In this document: piece by piece, positions 31,642-40,922 of the stretch
Layout: each line of letters begins with the position of its first letter
How positions within the stretch are numbered: the first letter of the stretch is position 1
From: Candidatus Latescibacterota bacterium
Lineage (GTDB): Bacteria; Latescibacterota; UBA2968; UBA8231
Length of the DNA stretch: 64,000 nucleotides
Assembly: GCA_963422735.1 (NCBI GenBank)
Contig: OY730476.1
Span: 608,001 to 672,000, forward strand
Direction of reading: 5' to 3'
The notes under the pieces: model-generated
Told to the model about the DNA's origin: nothing
Databases searched by the model: none
The model's input: the letters and a program-made list of their open reading frames with translations, nothing else
Position numbers and translations under genes: made by a program

Positions 31642-33003
31642 ATGTCTGAGATTCGAGAGCAGGTACTGACGCCGACTACCAGCGCGGTACTCGATATATC
31701 CCACCGGGACTTGCGCGACGACGAGTATTGGCGCGCCATTCCCGCCTATGCCGATTTGCGTGCCGATGAGTTCCACGAGCACCGCTTTCAGAGCCGCAAT
31801 AGCGTGACGAGCCTGAAGAAGCTGCGGGAGGTACTCGGTGGCCTCGTTTCAGAGGCGTTCTATCGAGATGTCGAGCAGGGGCTTTTGCGCTCGCCGATGA
31901 GCCTGCGGATTTCCCCGTACCTGCTGAGCTTGATCGACTGGTCGGAGCCAGCCGCAGATCCCCTGCGCATTCAGTTTCTGCCTATGGGGTCGCGAATGCG
32001 GCCCGATCATCCAGAACTCGCCCTAGATTCGCTGCACGAGCAAGTGGACTCCCCCGTGCCGGGTCTAACGCATCGCTACGCCGACCGGGCGTTGTTTCTG
32101 ACGCTCGACACCTGTCCGGTGTACTGTCGTTTCTGCACCCGTTCCTATGCGGTAGGGTTGGATACCGAGGATGTGGAAAAAGTGCATTTTGGGGCTGTTG
32201 TCCAGCGGTGGGAGCAGGTCTTTGCTTATATTTCTTCGCGACCCGAGTTAGAAGACATTGTCATCAGCGGTGGCGATGTGGCCAACCTCAAGGCCGAACA
32301 CATCGAATACATCGGCACTCGCTTGCTCAACATTGAGCATGTGCGGCGGATGCGCTACGCGACGAAAGCTCCGGCGATTATGCCGCAGAAACTAGTCACA
32401 GACCGCGAGTGGGTCGATGCCCTTGCGCGGGTTGTCGAAGCGGGGCGCAAAGTCCACAAGGAAGTCGCGCTGCACACGCATTTCAACCATCCGCGCGAAA
32501 TCACGGCCATCAGCGGCCGCGCACTCGACGAATTGATGGAGCGCGGCATCTGCGTGCGCAACCAAACTGTCTTGCAAAAGGGCGTCAACGACGACGACGA
32601 CACCATGCAACATCTCGTGCGGCGACTCAGCTACCTCAACGCGCATCCGTATTACACCTTTGTCCACGATATGGTGCGCGGGGTCGAAGAATTGCGCACG
32701 ACCTTAGCGGCGGCGATCGATTTAGAGAAGGCGGTTCGGGGACGGACCGCGGGGTTCAATACGCCAGCCTTTGTGCTCGACACCATGGGAGGCGGTGGTA
32801 AGCGCGATGTCCACTCCTATGAACACTACGATCGCCAGACGGGCATCGCCGTATTTACCAGTCCGGCCGTGCGGCCCGGTGAGGTCTTTTTTCATTTTGA
32901 TCCCCTAGATGCGCTCGATCCGCAAATTGCCCAGCGCTGGAGCGACCCGGCCGAACGTGCAGCTATGCGACAAGCGGCACTAGAGGCCGCTATCCAGACG
33001 TAA
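31642..33003 (+). CDS. KamA-family radical SAM aminomutase
   Basis: DSLHE, GLTHRY, CPVYCRFCTR, SGGD, THFNH, NQ.VL..GVND, GGGK (PLP Lys). Confidence 0.88.
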   Translation: MSEIREQVLTPTTSAVLDISHRDLRDDEYWRAIPAYADLRADEFHEHRFQSRNSVTSLKKLREVLGGLVSEAFYRDVEQGLLRSPMSLRISPYLLSLIDWSEPAADPLRIQFLPMGSRMRPDHPELALDSLHEQVDSPVPGLTHRYADRALFLTLDTCPVYCRFCTRSYAVGLDTEDVEKVHFGAVVQRWEQVFAYISSRPELEDIVISGGDVANLKAEHIEYIGTRLLNIEHVRRMRYATKAPAIMPQKLVTDREWVDALARVVEAGRKVHKEVALHTHFNHPREITAISGRALDELMERGICVRNQTVLQKGVNDDDDTMQHLVRRLSYLNAHPYYTFVHDMVRGVEELRTTLAAAIDLEKAVRGRTAGFNTPAFVLDTMGGGGKRDVHSYEHYDRQTGIAVFTSPAVRPGEVFFHFDPLDALDPQIAQRWSDPAERAAMRQAALEAAIQT

Positions 33004-33106
33004 CGGGCGGGAAGCCACAAGGGCCAACATTTGCCCTTGTGGACTCGTATGCCTTATCTATTAGCAACAACTAAACTAAACCTTAACACCATCGAGGCTT
33101 ACGGCA

Positions 33107-34765
33107 ATGGAATATCCAGATATGATCCAAGCATTAGCGGGCTTGGGCCTGCTCGCTTTGGGCGGCGGTCTGGGTTTTCTGTTGAGTTATCAATTGAAAA
33201 GGGGTGCTCTGCCCCAAGTGGAGAGAGAGGCCGAAGATCGAGTGCGGCAGCAGTTGGCCGAAGAGGAGCGCTCGGTGCGGCTGAGCTTGCTTGAAGAGCG
33301 GGATAACTGGTATAAAACCAAGGCCCGCCAAGAGGCCGAGTTAGAAGATCAATTGGCCGATCTGGGACGCCGCGATAAGAGTTTGGCACAGCTTGTGCGC
33401 GATATCAATAGCCAGAAGGAGGAACAGAGCCGGGCGTGGAACCGCCTCAAAAATCAGGAACGGCGGATTGGCCAGCGCGAAAGGACCTTAAAAGAAGAAG
33501 AAGAGGAAATAGGCCAGATGCGCGCCGAGTACCAGCAACGTCTAGAGTTGGCCAGTGGGCTGCCCGCGGATGAGGCGCGCGAACAGATGATGGAGCATCT
33601 GGCCAGCGAGGTCCGCGGGCGGGCGGCGGCCATGATCCGCAGCGAGCGCACCAAGGTGAAGGAAGAGTCGGATCGAGAAGCAAAAAAAATCATCGCCCAA
33701 GCCATTCAGCGCTGTGCAGTTGAAGAGACCGTCCATTTGGTCACCTCGACCGTGCCTTTGCCCAACGAGGGATTCAAAAGTCGCATCATTGGCAAGGAAG
33801 GGCGCAATGTGCGCGCATTTGAGACGGCGACCGGAGTCAAAGTCGTGGTCGATGATACGCCCGACGCCGTGTTGCTTTCGTCCTACGATCCAGCGCGGCG
33901 CGAAGTGGCAAGCCGGGCGATGCATCAGCTAATCGGTGCCGGCGGCTTCACCCCGACCAAGATCGAGGAAGTGGTAGAGAAGTGCCGCAAGGCCCTAGAC
34001 AAAGACATGGTCGAGGTCGGCAAGGGCACCCTCAGCGAGATTGGGGCTAGCCAATACCACGCCGGTTTGCCCCATTACGTGGGCATGCTCAAATATCGCG
34101 CTAGCTTTGGGCAAAACCTTTTACAGCACTGCCTAGAAGTCGCCCATTTGTCGGGGCTGATGGCTGCCGAAGTAGGATTGGATGTGCCGTTGGCTAAGCG
34201 AGCGGGCCTCTTGCACGATATCGGCAAGACCGTCAGCAAGGAGATGGAAGGGGGCCATGTTGAACTGGGCATTAAGCTGGGCGAGCGATTCGACGAGCAT
34301 CCGATCGTCAAGGAAGTTATCGCCGAGCACCACGAGGACCATGATCGCCTTTCGCCGATCTGCTTCTTGGTCAAGGCGGCCGATACTATATCGTCGATAC
34401 GGCCCGGAGGGCGGCGCGAAGATCTCGAAGGCTATACTCGCCGCATCATGCGCTTGGAAGAAATCGCGACTGCGTTTGCAGGGGTCAAAGATGTGTACGC
34501 TATAAACGCCGGCCGCGAGATTCGCGTCATGGTTTGCGGCGAGCAGATCGGGGATGAAGACGCCGAGATGCTGGCGTTCGATATAGCCGAGCGCGTTAAG
34601 GCCGAATTGACCTTTGCGGGTCAAGTCAAGGTCGTGGTGGTGCGCCAGACGCAGGTGGTGCGTCAGATCAATCGAGACCGCGGCGACCGGCGCAATAACG
34701 ATGCGCGCAATGGGAGCAGTCGTCGGCCGCGCAACGGGGGCCGCAGAGGGGACGACAGCAGCTAA
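33107..34765 (+). CDS. rny: ribonuclease Y
   Basis: N-terminal TM, coiled coil, KH RIIGKEGRN, HD motif GLLHDIGK, AAD.IS..RPG.R, AGREIRV. Confidence 0.95.
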   Translation: MEYPDMIQALAGLGLLALGGGLGFLLSYQLKRGALPQVEREAEDRVRQQLAEEERSVRLSLLEERDNWYKTKARQEAELEDQLADLGRRDKSLAQLVRDINSQKEEQSRAWNRLKNQERRIGQRERTLKEEEEEIGQMRAEYQQRLELASGLPADEAREQMMEHLASEVRGRAAAMIRSERTKVKEESDREAKKIIAQAIQRCAVEETVHLVTSTVPLPNEGFKSRIIGKEGRNVRAFETATGVKVVVDDTPDAVLLSSYDPARREVASRAMHQLIGAGGFTPTKIEEVVEKCRKALDKDMVEVGKGTLSEIGASQYHAGLPHYVGMLKYRASFGQNLLQHCLEVAHLSGLMAAEVGLDVPLAKRAGLLHDIGKTVSKEMEGGHVELGIKLGERFDEHPIVKEVIAEHHEDHDRLSPICFLVKAADTISSIRPGGRREDLEGYTRRIMRLEEIATAFAGVKDVYAINAGREIRVMVCGEQIGDEDAEMLAFDIAERVKAELTFAGQVKVVVVRQTQVVRQINRDRGDRRNNDARNGSSRRPRNGGRRGDDSS

Positions 34766-34781
34766 ATTCGCCCCAATTGAA

Positions 34782-35948
34782 ATGGCTGACGACCCTAAAA
34801 AAATCGTCGTCCTTGGCTGCACCGGGTCCATTGGCGACACGTGTTTCAAGGTCCTAGAAAACTTGGGAGATGGGTACGAGGTCGTGGGTTTGGGAGGTGG
34901 GGCCAAGGTCGAAAAGCTGATCGGGCGCGCCCTCCACTGGCAGCCGCAAAAAATCTGTGTTCTAGATGCCGAGGCTAGAACACAGGTGCAGAGCGCAGCG
35001 CCGCGAGTCGAGGTGATTTGCGGAGAAGAAGGGCTGTGCGAGCTCGCTACCATGCCGGAGGCCGATCTAGTGCTCAATGGGCTCGTCGGTGCTGTCGGCC
35101 TCGTTCCGACGTTGGCGGCGTTGGCGCAAGGCAAGACCGTGGCCATGGCCAACAAGGAGCCCTTGGTTATGGCCGGCGGGTTAATTTTGCAGCAAGCCCA
35201 GCGCGGCGGGGGGACCGTGCTGCCGTTGGACAGCGAGCCCAATGCCATTTGGCAGTGCCTGAAGGGCGAAAATCGCAAAAGCCTGAAGCGGATCATCCTC
35301 ACGGCCTCTGGGGGGCCATTCTTTGGGCACAGTCGCGAACAGATGCGCGACATTATCCCGGAGCAGGCCCTTGATCACCCCACTTGGAAAATGGGGCCCA
35401 AGATCAGTGTGGACTCGGCAACCCTGATGAACAAGGGCTTTGAAGTTATCGAGGCTGCTTGGCTCTTTGGCGTGGCGGTCGAACAAGTGGATGTGGTCGT
35501 CCACCGCCAGTCGGTGGTACATGCACTGATTGAATTCGCCGATGGAGCACTGTTGGCGCACATGGGGAAGACCGATATGATGCTGCCGATCCAATACGCG
35601 CTGACTCACCCAGCGCGGCGGGAGGTGCCTCTCGACAACCTCGACCTCGAGCAAGTGGGCCAACTAAGTTTCGCCGCTCCGGATAGGACGAATTTTCCCT
35701 CTCTAGATCTGTGCTACGAAGCAGGCCGGAGTGGAGGCACCTTTCCAGCCGCCCTCAACGCGGCCAACGAGGAGGCTGTGGGGGCCTTTTTGGCGCGGAA
35801 AATAGGATTTCTCGATATCGCCGACCTGAACCGCGACGTGCTTGCACGCTGCGGCACACAGGAGGCGGTTTCCCTCGAATCCATATTAGACGAGGACCGC
35901 TATGCACGGCGGCTGGCCCGGGAGTGGGTCGCCGGGCAGGCGGGGTAA
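34782..35948 (+). CDS. dxr: 1-deoxy-D-xylulose-5-phosphate reductoisomerase
   Basis: LG.TGSIG, ANKE.LV, P.DSE, LTASGGPF, HP.W.MG.KI..DSAT.MNKG.E.IEA, NAANE. Confidence 0.96.
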   Translation: MADDPKKIVVLGCTGSIGDTCFKVLENLGDGYEVVGLGGGAKVEKLIGRALHWQPQKICVLDAEARTQVQSAAPRVEVICGEEGLCELATMPEADLVLNGLVGAVGLVPTLAALAQGKTVAMANKEPLVMAGGLILQQAQRGGGTVLPLDSEPNAIWQCLKGENRKSLKRIILTASGGPFFGHSREQMRDIIPEQALDHPTWKMGPKISVDSATLMNKGFEVIEAAWLFGVAVEQVDVVVHRQSVVHALIEFADGALLAHMGKTDMMLPIQYALTHPARREVPLDNLDLEQVGQLSFAAPDRTNFPSLDLCYEAGRSGGTFPAALNAANEEAVGAFLARKIGFLDIADLNRDVLARCGTQEAVSLESILDEDRYARRLAREWVAGQAG

Positions 35949-35951
35949 TTT

Positions 35952-36224
35952 ATGGCAGAAGACACCAATGCAGCACAGTACAAAGCACTAGCGCTATGCC
36001 AGAAGATGCTCCGCATCAACACTGGGGTCATACTCGCGGCTTTCGCACTCATCATCATCCTAACCACGGTCTCGACAGCGGAGTGGGTGCGTGCGACTGG
36101 TAAGGCACTCTACTACGTCATCGCGTTGCAGTCCCTCACGTCGGTGGGGACTTGGTACTTCCGCACTCGCTTGGAGAAAGCGTTGGCAGGGGTCGAGGGA
36201 GATAGTCCGCATGGAGACCATTAA
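35952..36224 (+). CDS. small two-TM hypothetical protein
   Basis: ORF tightly packed between dxr and queD; two hydrophobic segments. Confidence 0.7.
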   Translation: MAEDTNAAQYKALALCQKMLRINTGVILAAFALIIILTTVSTAEWVRATGKALYYVIALQSLTSVGTWYFRTRLEKALAGVEGDSPHGDH

Positions 36225-36651
36225 GGCCCGAGGTAAATTCCACGCCGCCCATCGGCAGCTAGACTACGACGGCAAATGCGCCTACGTCCACGGGCATACT
36301 TGGCGCGGCGTGTTTGTCGTCCGCACCGAGCGCTTTCCGCGGCTCGAAAAACTAGATATGTCCGTGGACTTCGGTGCGCTCAAGGACATATTCAGATTCT
36401 TGGATCACAAAATGTTGATTTCCGCACGGGATGCGACCTTTCTCGACGCCAAGCTCTTCGAGCCACAGGGCGTCGTGGTCATGCCAGGCGAAAATCCGAG
36501 TGTGGAAAACGTGGCTGAGTACTGCCTCGACCAAGCAGTCGGGGTATTACAGAAGCTGTTTCCACAACGCGGCTATCAGTATCACATCGAAGTTTCCATT
36601 CAAGAGACCGACAACAATTTCTTCGTAGCCGAGCACCTTTTTCGTTGCTGA
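36211..36651 (+). CDS. queD: 6-carboxytetrahydropterin synthase / PTPS family
   Basis: FHAAH, C..VHGH, DFG.LK, LDHK, NPSVEN.A, ET. Confidence 0.8.
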   Translation: METIKARGKFHAAHRQLDYDGKCAYVHGHTWRGVFVVRTERFPRLEKLDMSVDFGALKDIFRFLDHKMLISARDATFLDAKLFEPQGVVVMPGENPSVENVAEYCLDQAVGVLQKLFPQRGYQYHIEVSIQETDNNFFVAEHLFRC

Positions 36652-36669
36652 GCACTTGGGTGCAGAGCT

Positions 36670-36762
36670 ATGGTGCAGCAACAGATGATGATCGCCGGAG
36701 AGGTCGCCGCCTATCTCCGCTGTGCATCGCTTGGTTCGTCGAGGCCAGATTCCCTACTTAGA
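36670..36762 (+). pseudogene. 5' half of excisionase-type HTH (HTH_17) gene, frameshifted
   Basis: MVQQQMMIAGEVAAYLR, then +1 frame VHRLVRRGQIPY. Confidence 0.65.
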
Positions 36763-37084
36763 AAGAAATACGGTTCCGCCAACCTCGATTTTGATTTCAG
36801 GGACGCTGGTGGTTTCCAATGGAATGGCCAATGCATTGTGACGCGCAGACTGCCCTATACTACGAAGCATATCCGTACCGGTCAGTTTCAAACTGTGGCA
36901 GGTGGTTACGATCAGCTCTGGGACGCAGAGGTTTTGATGTCACCCGACCATGAAGGCGACAGGCAGGGACAAGCCGTGAAACGTGGGGTTAGAACGCGAT
37001 GAGCGGGTTGATGTTCCTCCACTCGCATGATTCCGCAACATCACTGGTCGTTGATGTGAATGGCGATAACGGTGTCGCGTTTGC

Positions 37085-38104
37085 TTGCGGAGTATTCGCA
37101 CACGCCGATACGGAATTGCCTCAAGGCTCAACGGCACGTCCCCTCGCGAGAATGGGATTCCTGATCTGCTGGGTTCCGAGCGACTCGTGCCCGCCGGCAG
37201 CCGCGACGCCCGCCACCCGGCTGCCGATCTTCGGTACCCGGCGTCCGCCGAAACCGAGGAGGAGGAAATCGAGTACTTCAACGCGGAAGCCGAGGCGAGA
37301 ATGGCCGACCTCGCGCCGGATCGCAACGCCGAACCGGAGTACATGGAGGGGCTGGCGGGATGCAGGGACATCGCCGCCGCCGTCCTCACCTTTCCCGAAC
37401 CCGCCTATGTCTGGATCGAAACCGGGTACGAGTCGCTGTGCCTGCTCGAGGCGTACCGGCACCTGGCACCGGTCGCCGGCGGGACGTTCATGCAGATCGG
37501 CGGCACCGGCTCGCACGCGGTCAAGATGCTGCTGGCGGGCGCAAGGCGCGGGTTTCTGCTCACGCCGATGATGGCGGAGGCGCGGTACGCCGTGCGCTTG
37601 GCGGAGATATTCGGAGTCCGCGACCGCTTCGCTCCCGTTCTCGGACTCGGCGAGCAGATTCCGTTCGCGGCGGACTTCTTCTCTTTAGCCTTCTCTTTCG
37701 CTTGCTTCCATCACATGCGCTTCGAATATCTGGCCGGCGAGATGCACCGGGTGCTTGCGGAAGGCGGGAAGTTCGCGAGCATCGATCCCTGGAAGACGCT
37801 CCTGCACACCGTCGGCAGGAGAACGCTCGGCAAGCACGAGAGGTCGGTGCATTGCCGGCCCGTCACCGCGGAACGGCTGGCGACACTGAAGAGGCGGTTC
37901 CCGGACATGGCGGTCAGCCGGCACGGACCGCTGCTCCGGTACCTATGCCTCGGGTTGAGGAAGCTGGGCATGGGCGGCTTTTTGCCGCGGTCCCTGCCGG
38001 CCATGATGGACATCATGCGCGCCGCCGATTTCCTGGGCCGACTCACCGGCTTGGAAGGCGGCGTCATCCTCATGATGGGCGCGAAGCAGGAGCGCCCGAC
38101 CTGA
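37085..38104 (+). CDS. class I SAM-dependent methyltransferase (5' end uncertain)
   Basis: ENGIPDLL (Trm112-like), MQIGG.G, GEQIPF....F, FHH, EMHRVL..GG. Confidence 0.7.
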   Translation: MRSIRTRRYGIASRLNGTSPRENGIPDLLGSERLVPAGSRDARHPAADLRYPASAETEEEEIEYFNAEAEARMADLAPDRNAEPEYMEGLAGCRDIAAAVLTFPEPAYVWIETGYESLCLLEAYRHLAPVAGGTFMQIGGTGSHAVKMLLAGARRGFLLTPMMAEARYAVRLAEIFGVRDRFAPVLGLGEQIPFAADFFSLAFSFACFHHMRFEYLAGEMHRVLAEGGKFASIDPWKTLLHTVGRRTLGKHERSVHCRPVTAERLATLKRRFPDMAVSRHGPLLRYLCLGLRKLGMGGFLPRSLPAMMDIMRAADFLGRLTGLEGGVILMMGAKQERPT

Positions 38105-38240
38105 CGCCGGCTCGCCTCCTGTCGGGAAGTTCAACGCTGCCGCAAAGCCTTGGTCAGGGGTTTTTCGATCATGGCATATTCGCGCCGCCGTCGACTTCGA
38201 TCCCTTGACTGTCGGGAACCGAACTAACGAAACTTGAAGC

Positions 38241-38400
38241 ATGGCCAGAAATGAAAATCAGATACCGAAAGTCCTGCTCGTCGCTCTGGTGGGTTCCGAC
38301 GGCTCCGCCCCCGACGTCGTCGGGGGCAACAGGGTAATGGCCGAGGAGGCGGTCCGCGAATTGATGTCGCGGAGGTTCGAGCTGGATGTCCTCGACACGC
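38241..38400 (+). pseudogene. truncated N-terminus resembling a GT-B glycosyltransferase
   Basis: KVLLV...P..VGG.......L.....ELDVLDT, then runs into an inverted repeat. Confidence 0.35.
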
Positions 38401-38424
38401 CGAGAAGCGCAACCAATCTGTCCC

Positions 38425-38496
38425 CTTGCCCAATCTATGCTGCTCGCCTCGCGAGGTTCCTGCGGGTGGTCTGAGGAGCAGCATAGATTGGGCAAG
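38425..38496. repeat. perfect 21-bp inverted repeat with 30-nt spacer
   Basis: CTTGCCCAATCTATGCTGCTC (38425-45) / GAGCAGCATAGATTGGGCAAG (38476-96). Confidence 0.9.
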
Positions 38497-38637
38497 CTAG
38501 TGCGGTTTCGCCTGAGCGAGATCGAGTGCTGGTTGGCCCTGCACCACCAAGGATCGGCACTCTTGCGGGGGAGGGCGATGCCGTCCAATTCAGATCAACT
38601 TTCTCTCTTCCCGACGGGAGGGAAAAATGGCGAATGA
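38482..38637 (+). pseudogene. 3' half of excisionase-type HTH gene
   Basis: HRLGKLVRFRLSEIECWL...QLSLF, stop overlapping the next gene start. Confidence 0.65.
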
Positions 38638-40906
38638 AAAAGTGAAAAACGTGGTGGTACTCGGCGCCGGGGTCATGGGAGGGCAAATCGCGGCCCTGCT
38701 CACCTGTGCGGGCCACAAGGTGCGCCTCCTCGACTTGCCGCTAGCAGGCGATGGAGTGGGCCGTGCGCGTCGGGGGCTGGAGAGAGCCCTCGCGAGCCGA
38801 CCTCCCGCTTTCTATATAGAGGAGATGGCCCAGCGCATCGAGCTGGGAAGCACGGAGGATCTAGCCTGCGTTGGAGCGGCCGATTGGGTTATTGAAGCCG
38901 TAGTAGAAAAAAGATCGCCCAAGCGGGAGTTGCTGGCCCGGCTAGAGCCGTACCTGCACGACGGACTGGTCATCAGCAGCAATACCTCGGGGCTATCTAT
39001 CGCCGAGCTAGCCCGCGACCGGTCGCGGGCGTTTTGCCGCCGCTTCCTCGGGGTGCATTTCTTCAATCCGCCGCGCTACATGAAGTTGGTCGAAGTCATA
39101 CCCGGGCCTGACACCGAGCCGGCCATCGTCCAGCAGATGGTCGATTTCCTCACCGGGGAGTTGGGCAAGGGCGTGGTCTGCGGCCAAGACACGCCTAATT
39201 TCATCGGCAATCGCCTGTGGATTTTCGCTGTCTGCGACCTGTTGCAGCGGATGGAACAGGACGGGCTGGGCGTGGCCGAAGTTGACGCACTGACCGGTCC
39301 CCTGATGGGGCGGCCCCCAAGCGCGACCTTGCGCGTTTGCGACATCGTGGGTTTGGACACGGTCGCGCATGTGGCCGAAACCAGCTACGAAGGGTTGTCG
39401 GCGGATCCGTGGCGGCCGCTTTTTGCTCTGCCGGCATTTTATCGGCGCATGTTGGAGGAGAACTTGCTCGGGGCCAAGGTCAATGCCGGGTTTTATCGCA
39501 AGGCCGAGGCGGGCATCGAGGCCCTCGACTTGGATACCTTCGCCTACCAACCCGTGCAAAAGGTGGCGTTGGGCGCCTTGGAATCGGCGTTGAGCGAGCG
39601 TTCCCCAGCGCGCCGCCTCCGCGCCTTATGGGACGATTCGGGCCCGTGGGGTCAGGCCGGGAGGGCGCATCTCATGGCCGTGCTAGCCTACGCCGCCGAG
39701 CATGCCAAAGACATAGCCGGCGACATCGTCCAAATCGATCAGGCGATGCGCTGGGGATTTAACTGGGCACTAGGGCCTTTTGAGTTGTGGGATCTCTTCG
39801 GTGTCGAAGAGGTCGTCAACTCTCTGGCATCTAACCAACAGCGCGTACCCGACCTCGCCGCCCAATTGCTCGCCGCAGGTGAAACGCATTTTTACCAAGA
39901 GCAGGGTGTGTTCTCGCCGATCCGGTTGCGGCGCGAAAGCTGGCAACCGACAGCAGACGATTGGGATAAGCTAGCTGCCGAGCGAGCCATCTGGTCCAAT
40001 GCCGGGGCCTACTTGGTCGAGTTGGACGAGGGAATGGGGGCGTTGGTTTTTAGCGGCAAAATGAACGCCTTGGGGCCAGCGGCGCTGGAAGCCGTCCACC
40101 ACGCGGTGGGTACGGCCCCTTTTACTGGCTTGGTGCTCGCCGGAGCTGGCCGCTTGTTTTCGGTCGGTGCCGACTTGAAGCACGTGGCCAAGCTCGTCGA
40201 TGAGAGCGACTGGCCGGGGTTAGAAGCGTTTGTCGCTGCCTTCCAAGAGGCTGTGCAGGCACTGCGCTACGCGCCTTTTCCGGTCGTCGCGGCCCTCCGC
40301 GGCTTGGTGCTGGGAGGCGGGTGCGAGTTCGCCTTGGGTGCCGCTGCGCGCGTGGCGATGGCTGAATTAGGCATGGGCTTGGTGGAGACCAAGGTTGGCC
40401 TGATCCCCGGTAGTGGCGGCTGTATGGAGATGGCGCGGAGGGGAGCGAGCGATATAGGATCTGCATTTGAGACGATTTTTACCGGAAACTTCAGCGACAA
40501 CGCCTTTCAGGCCCGAGCTTGGGGTCTCCTCGGTGCTGAGGACGAGATTGCCTTTGCCGAGAGCCAACTCTTAAAGCGGGCCGTAGCCAAATTGCACAGC
40601 CTGCTCGCCGCAGGCTACTGCGCTAGTGCTCCGGATGGGGTAGAGGTCGCTGGAGATGAAGGGCTAGTGCTTTTGCACGAGCGCATAGATGAAGGCCAGG
40701 CTGCGGGGCAGCTCAGCGAACACGACGTGGTCGTAGGGCGCGGTCTGGCGCGGGTGCTTACAGGAGGTGGTGGGGCACGCCGGGAAGTAGAGGAGCGCCA
40801 CTTGCTCAATTTGGAACGCGAGGTCTTTCTGCAACTATGCGGCACCGAGCGCACGAGACAGCGCATCGCGCACATGCTGCACACGGGTAAATCACTGAGA
40901 AATTAA
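38627..40906 (+). CDS. 3-hydroxyacyl-CoA dehydrogenase/enoyl-CoA hydratase (FadN-like)
   Basis: VLGAGVMG, EAVVE, SNTSG, HFFNPPRYM, NFIGNR, D.VGLD; crotonase FSVGADL, GGGCE, GLVE..VGLIP.SGG. Confidence 0.9.
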   Translation: MANEKVKNVVVLGAGVMGGQIAALLTCAGHKVRLLDLPLAGDGVGRARRGLERALASRPPAFYIEEMAQRIELGSTEDLACVGAADWVIEAVVEKRSPKRELLARLEPYLHDGLVISSNTSGLSIAELARDRSRAFCRRFLGVHFFNPPRYMKLVEVIPGPDTEPAIVQQMVDFLTGELGKGVVCGQDTPNFIGNRLWIFAVCDLLQRMEQDGLGVAEVDALTGPLMGRPPSATLRVCDIVGLDTVAHVAETSYEGLSADPWRPLFALPAFYRRMLEENLLGAKVNAGFYRKAEAGIEALDLDTFAYQPVQKVALGALESALSERSPARRLRALWDDSGPWGQAGRAHLMAVLAYAAEHAKDIAGDIVQIDQAMRWGFNWALGPFELWDLFGVEEVVNSLASNQQRVPDLAAQLLAAGETHFYQEQGVFSPIRLRRESWQPTADDWDKLAAERAIWSNAGAYLVELDEGMGALVFSGKMNALGPAALEAVHHAVGTAPFTGLVLAGAGRLFSVGADLKHVAKLVDESDWPGLEAFVAAFQEAVQALRYAPFPVVAALRGLVLGGGCEFALGAAARVAMAELGMGLVETKVGLIPGSGGCMEMARRGASDIGSAFETIFTGNFSDNAFQARAWGLLGAEDEIAFAESQLLKRAVAKLHSLLAAGYCASAPDGVEVAGDEGLVLLHERIDEGQAAGQLSEHDVVVGRGLARVLTGGGGARREVEERHLLNLEREVFLQLCGTERTRQRIAHMLHTGKSLRN

Positions 40907-40922
40907 AAGAGAAGGGGGCCTT

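Noticed and set aside
34133-35353. 406-aa antisense ORF and similar shadow ORFs (e.g. 55556-56386, 37360-38208)
   Set aside because: Antisense or off-frame shadows of high-GC genes with no recognisable motifs
30996-36651. 7-deazaguanine DNA modification (dpd) cluster
   Set aside because: Only folE and queD are present; no dpdA/tgt, queC or queE, and the context is housekeeping
36670-37002. 110-aa ORF as a real gene
   Set aside because: It is a chimera of the frameshifted HTH 5' end and insert sequence
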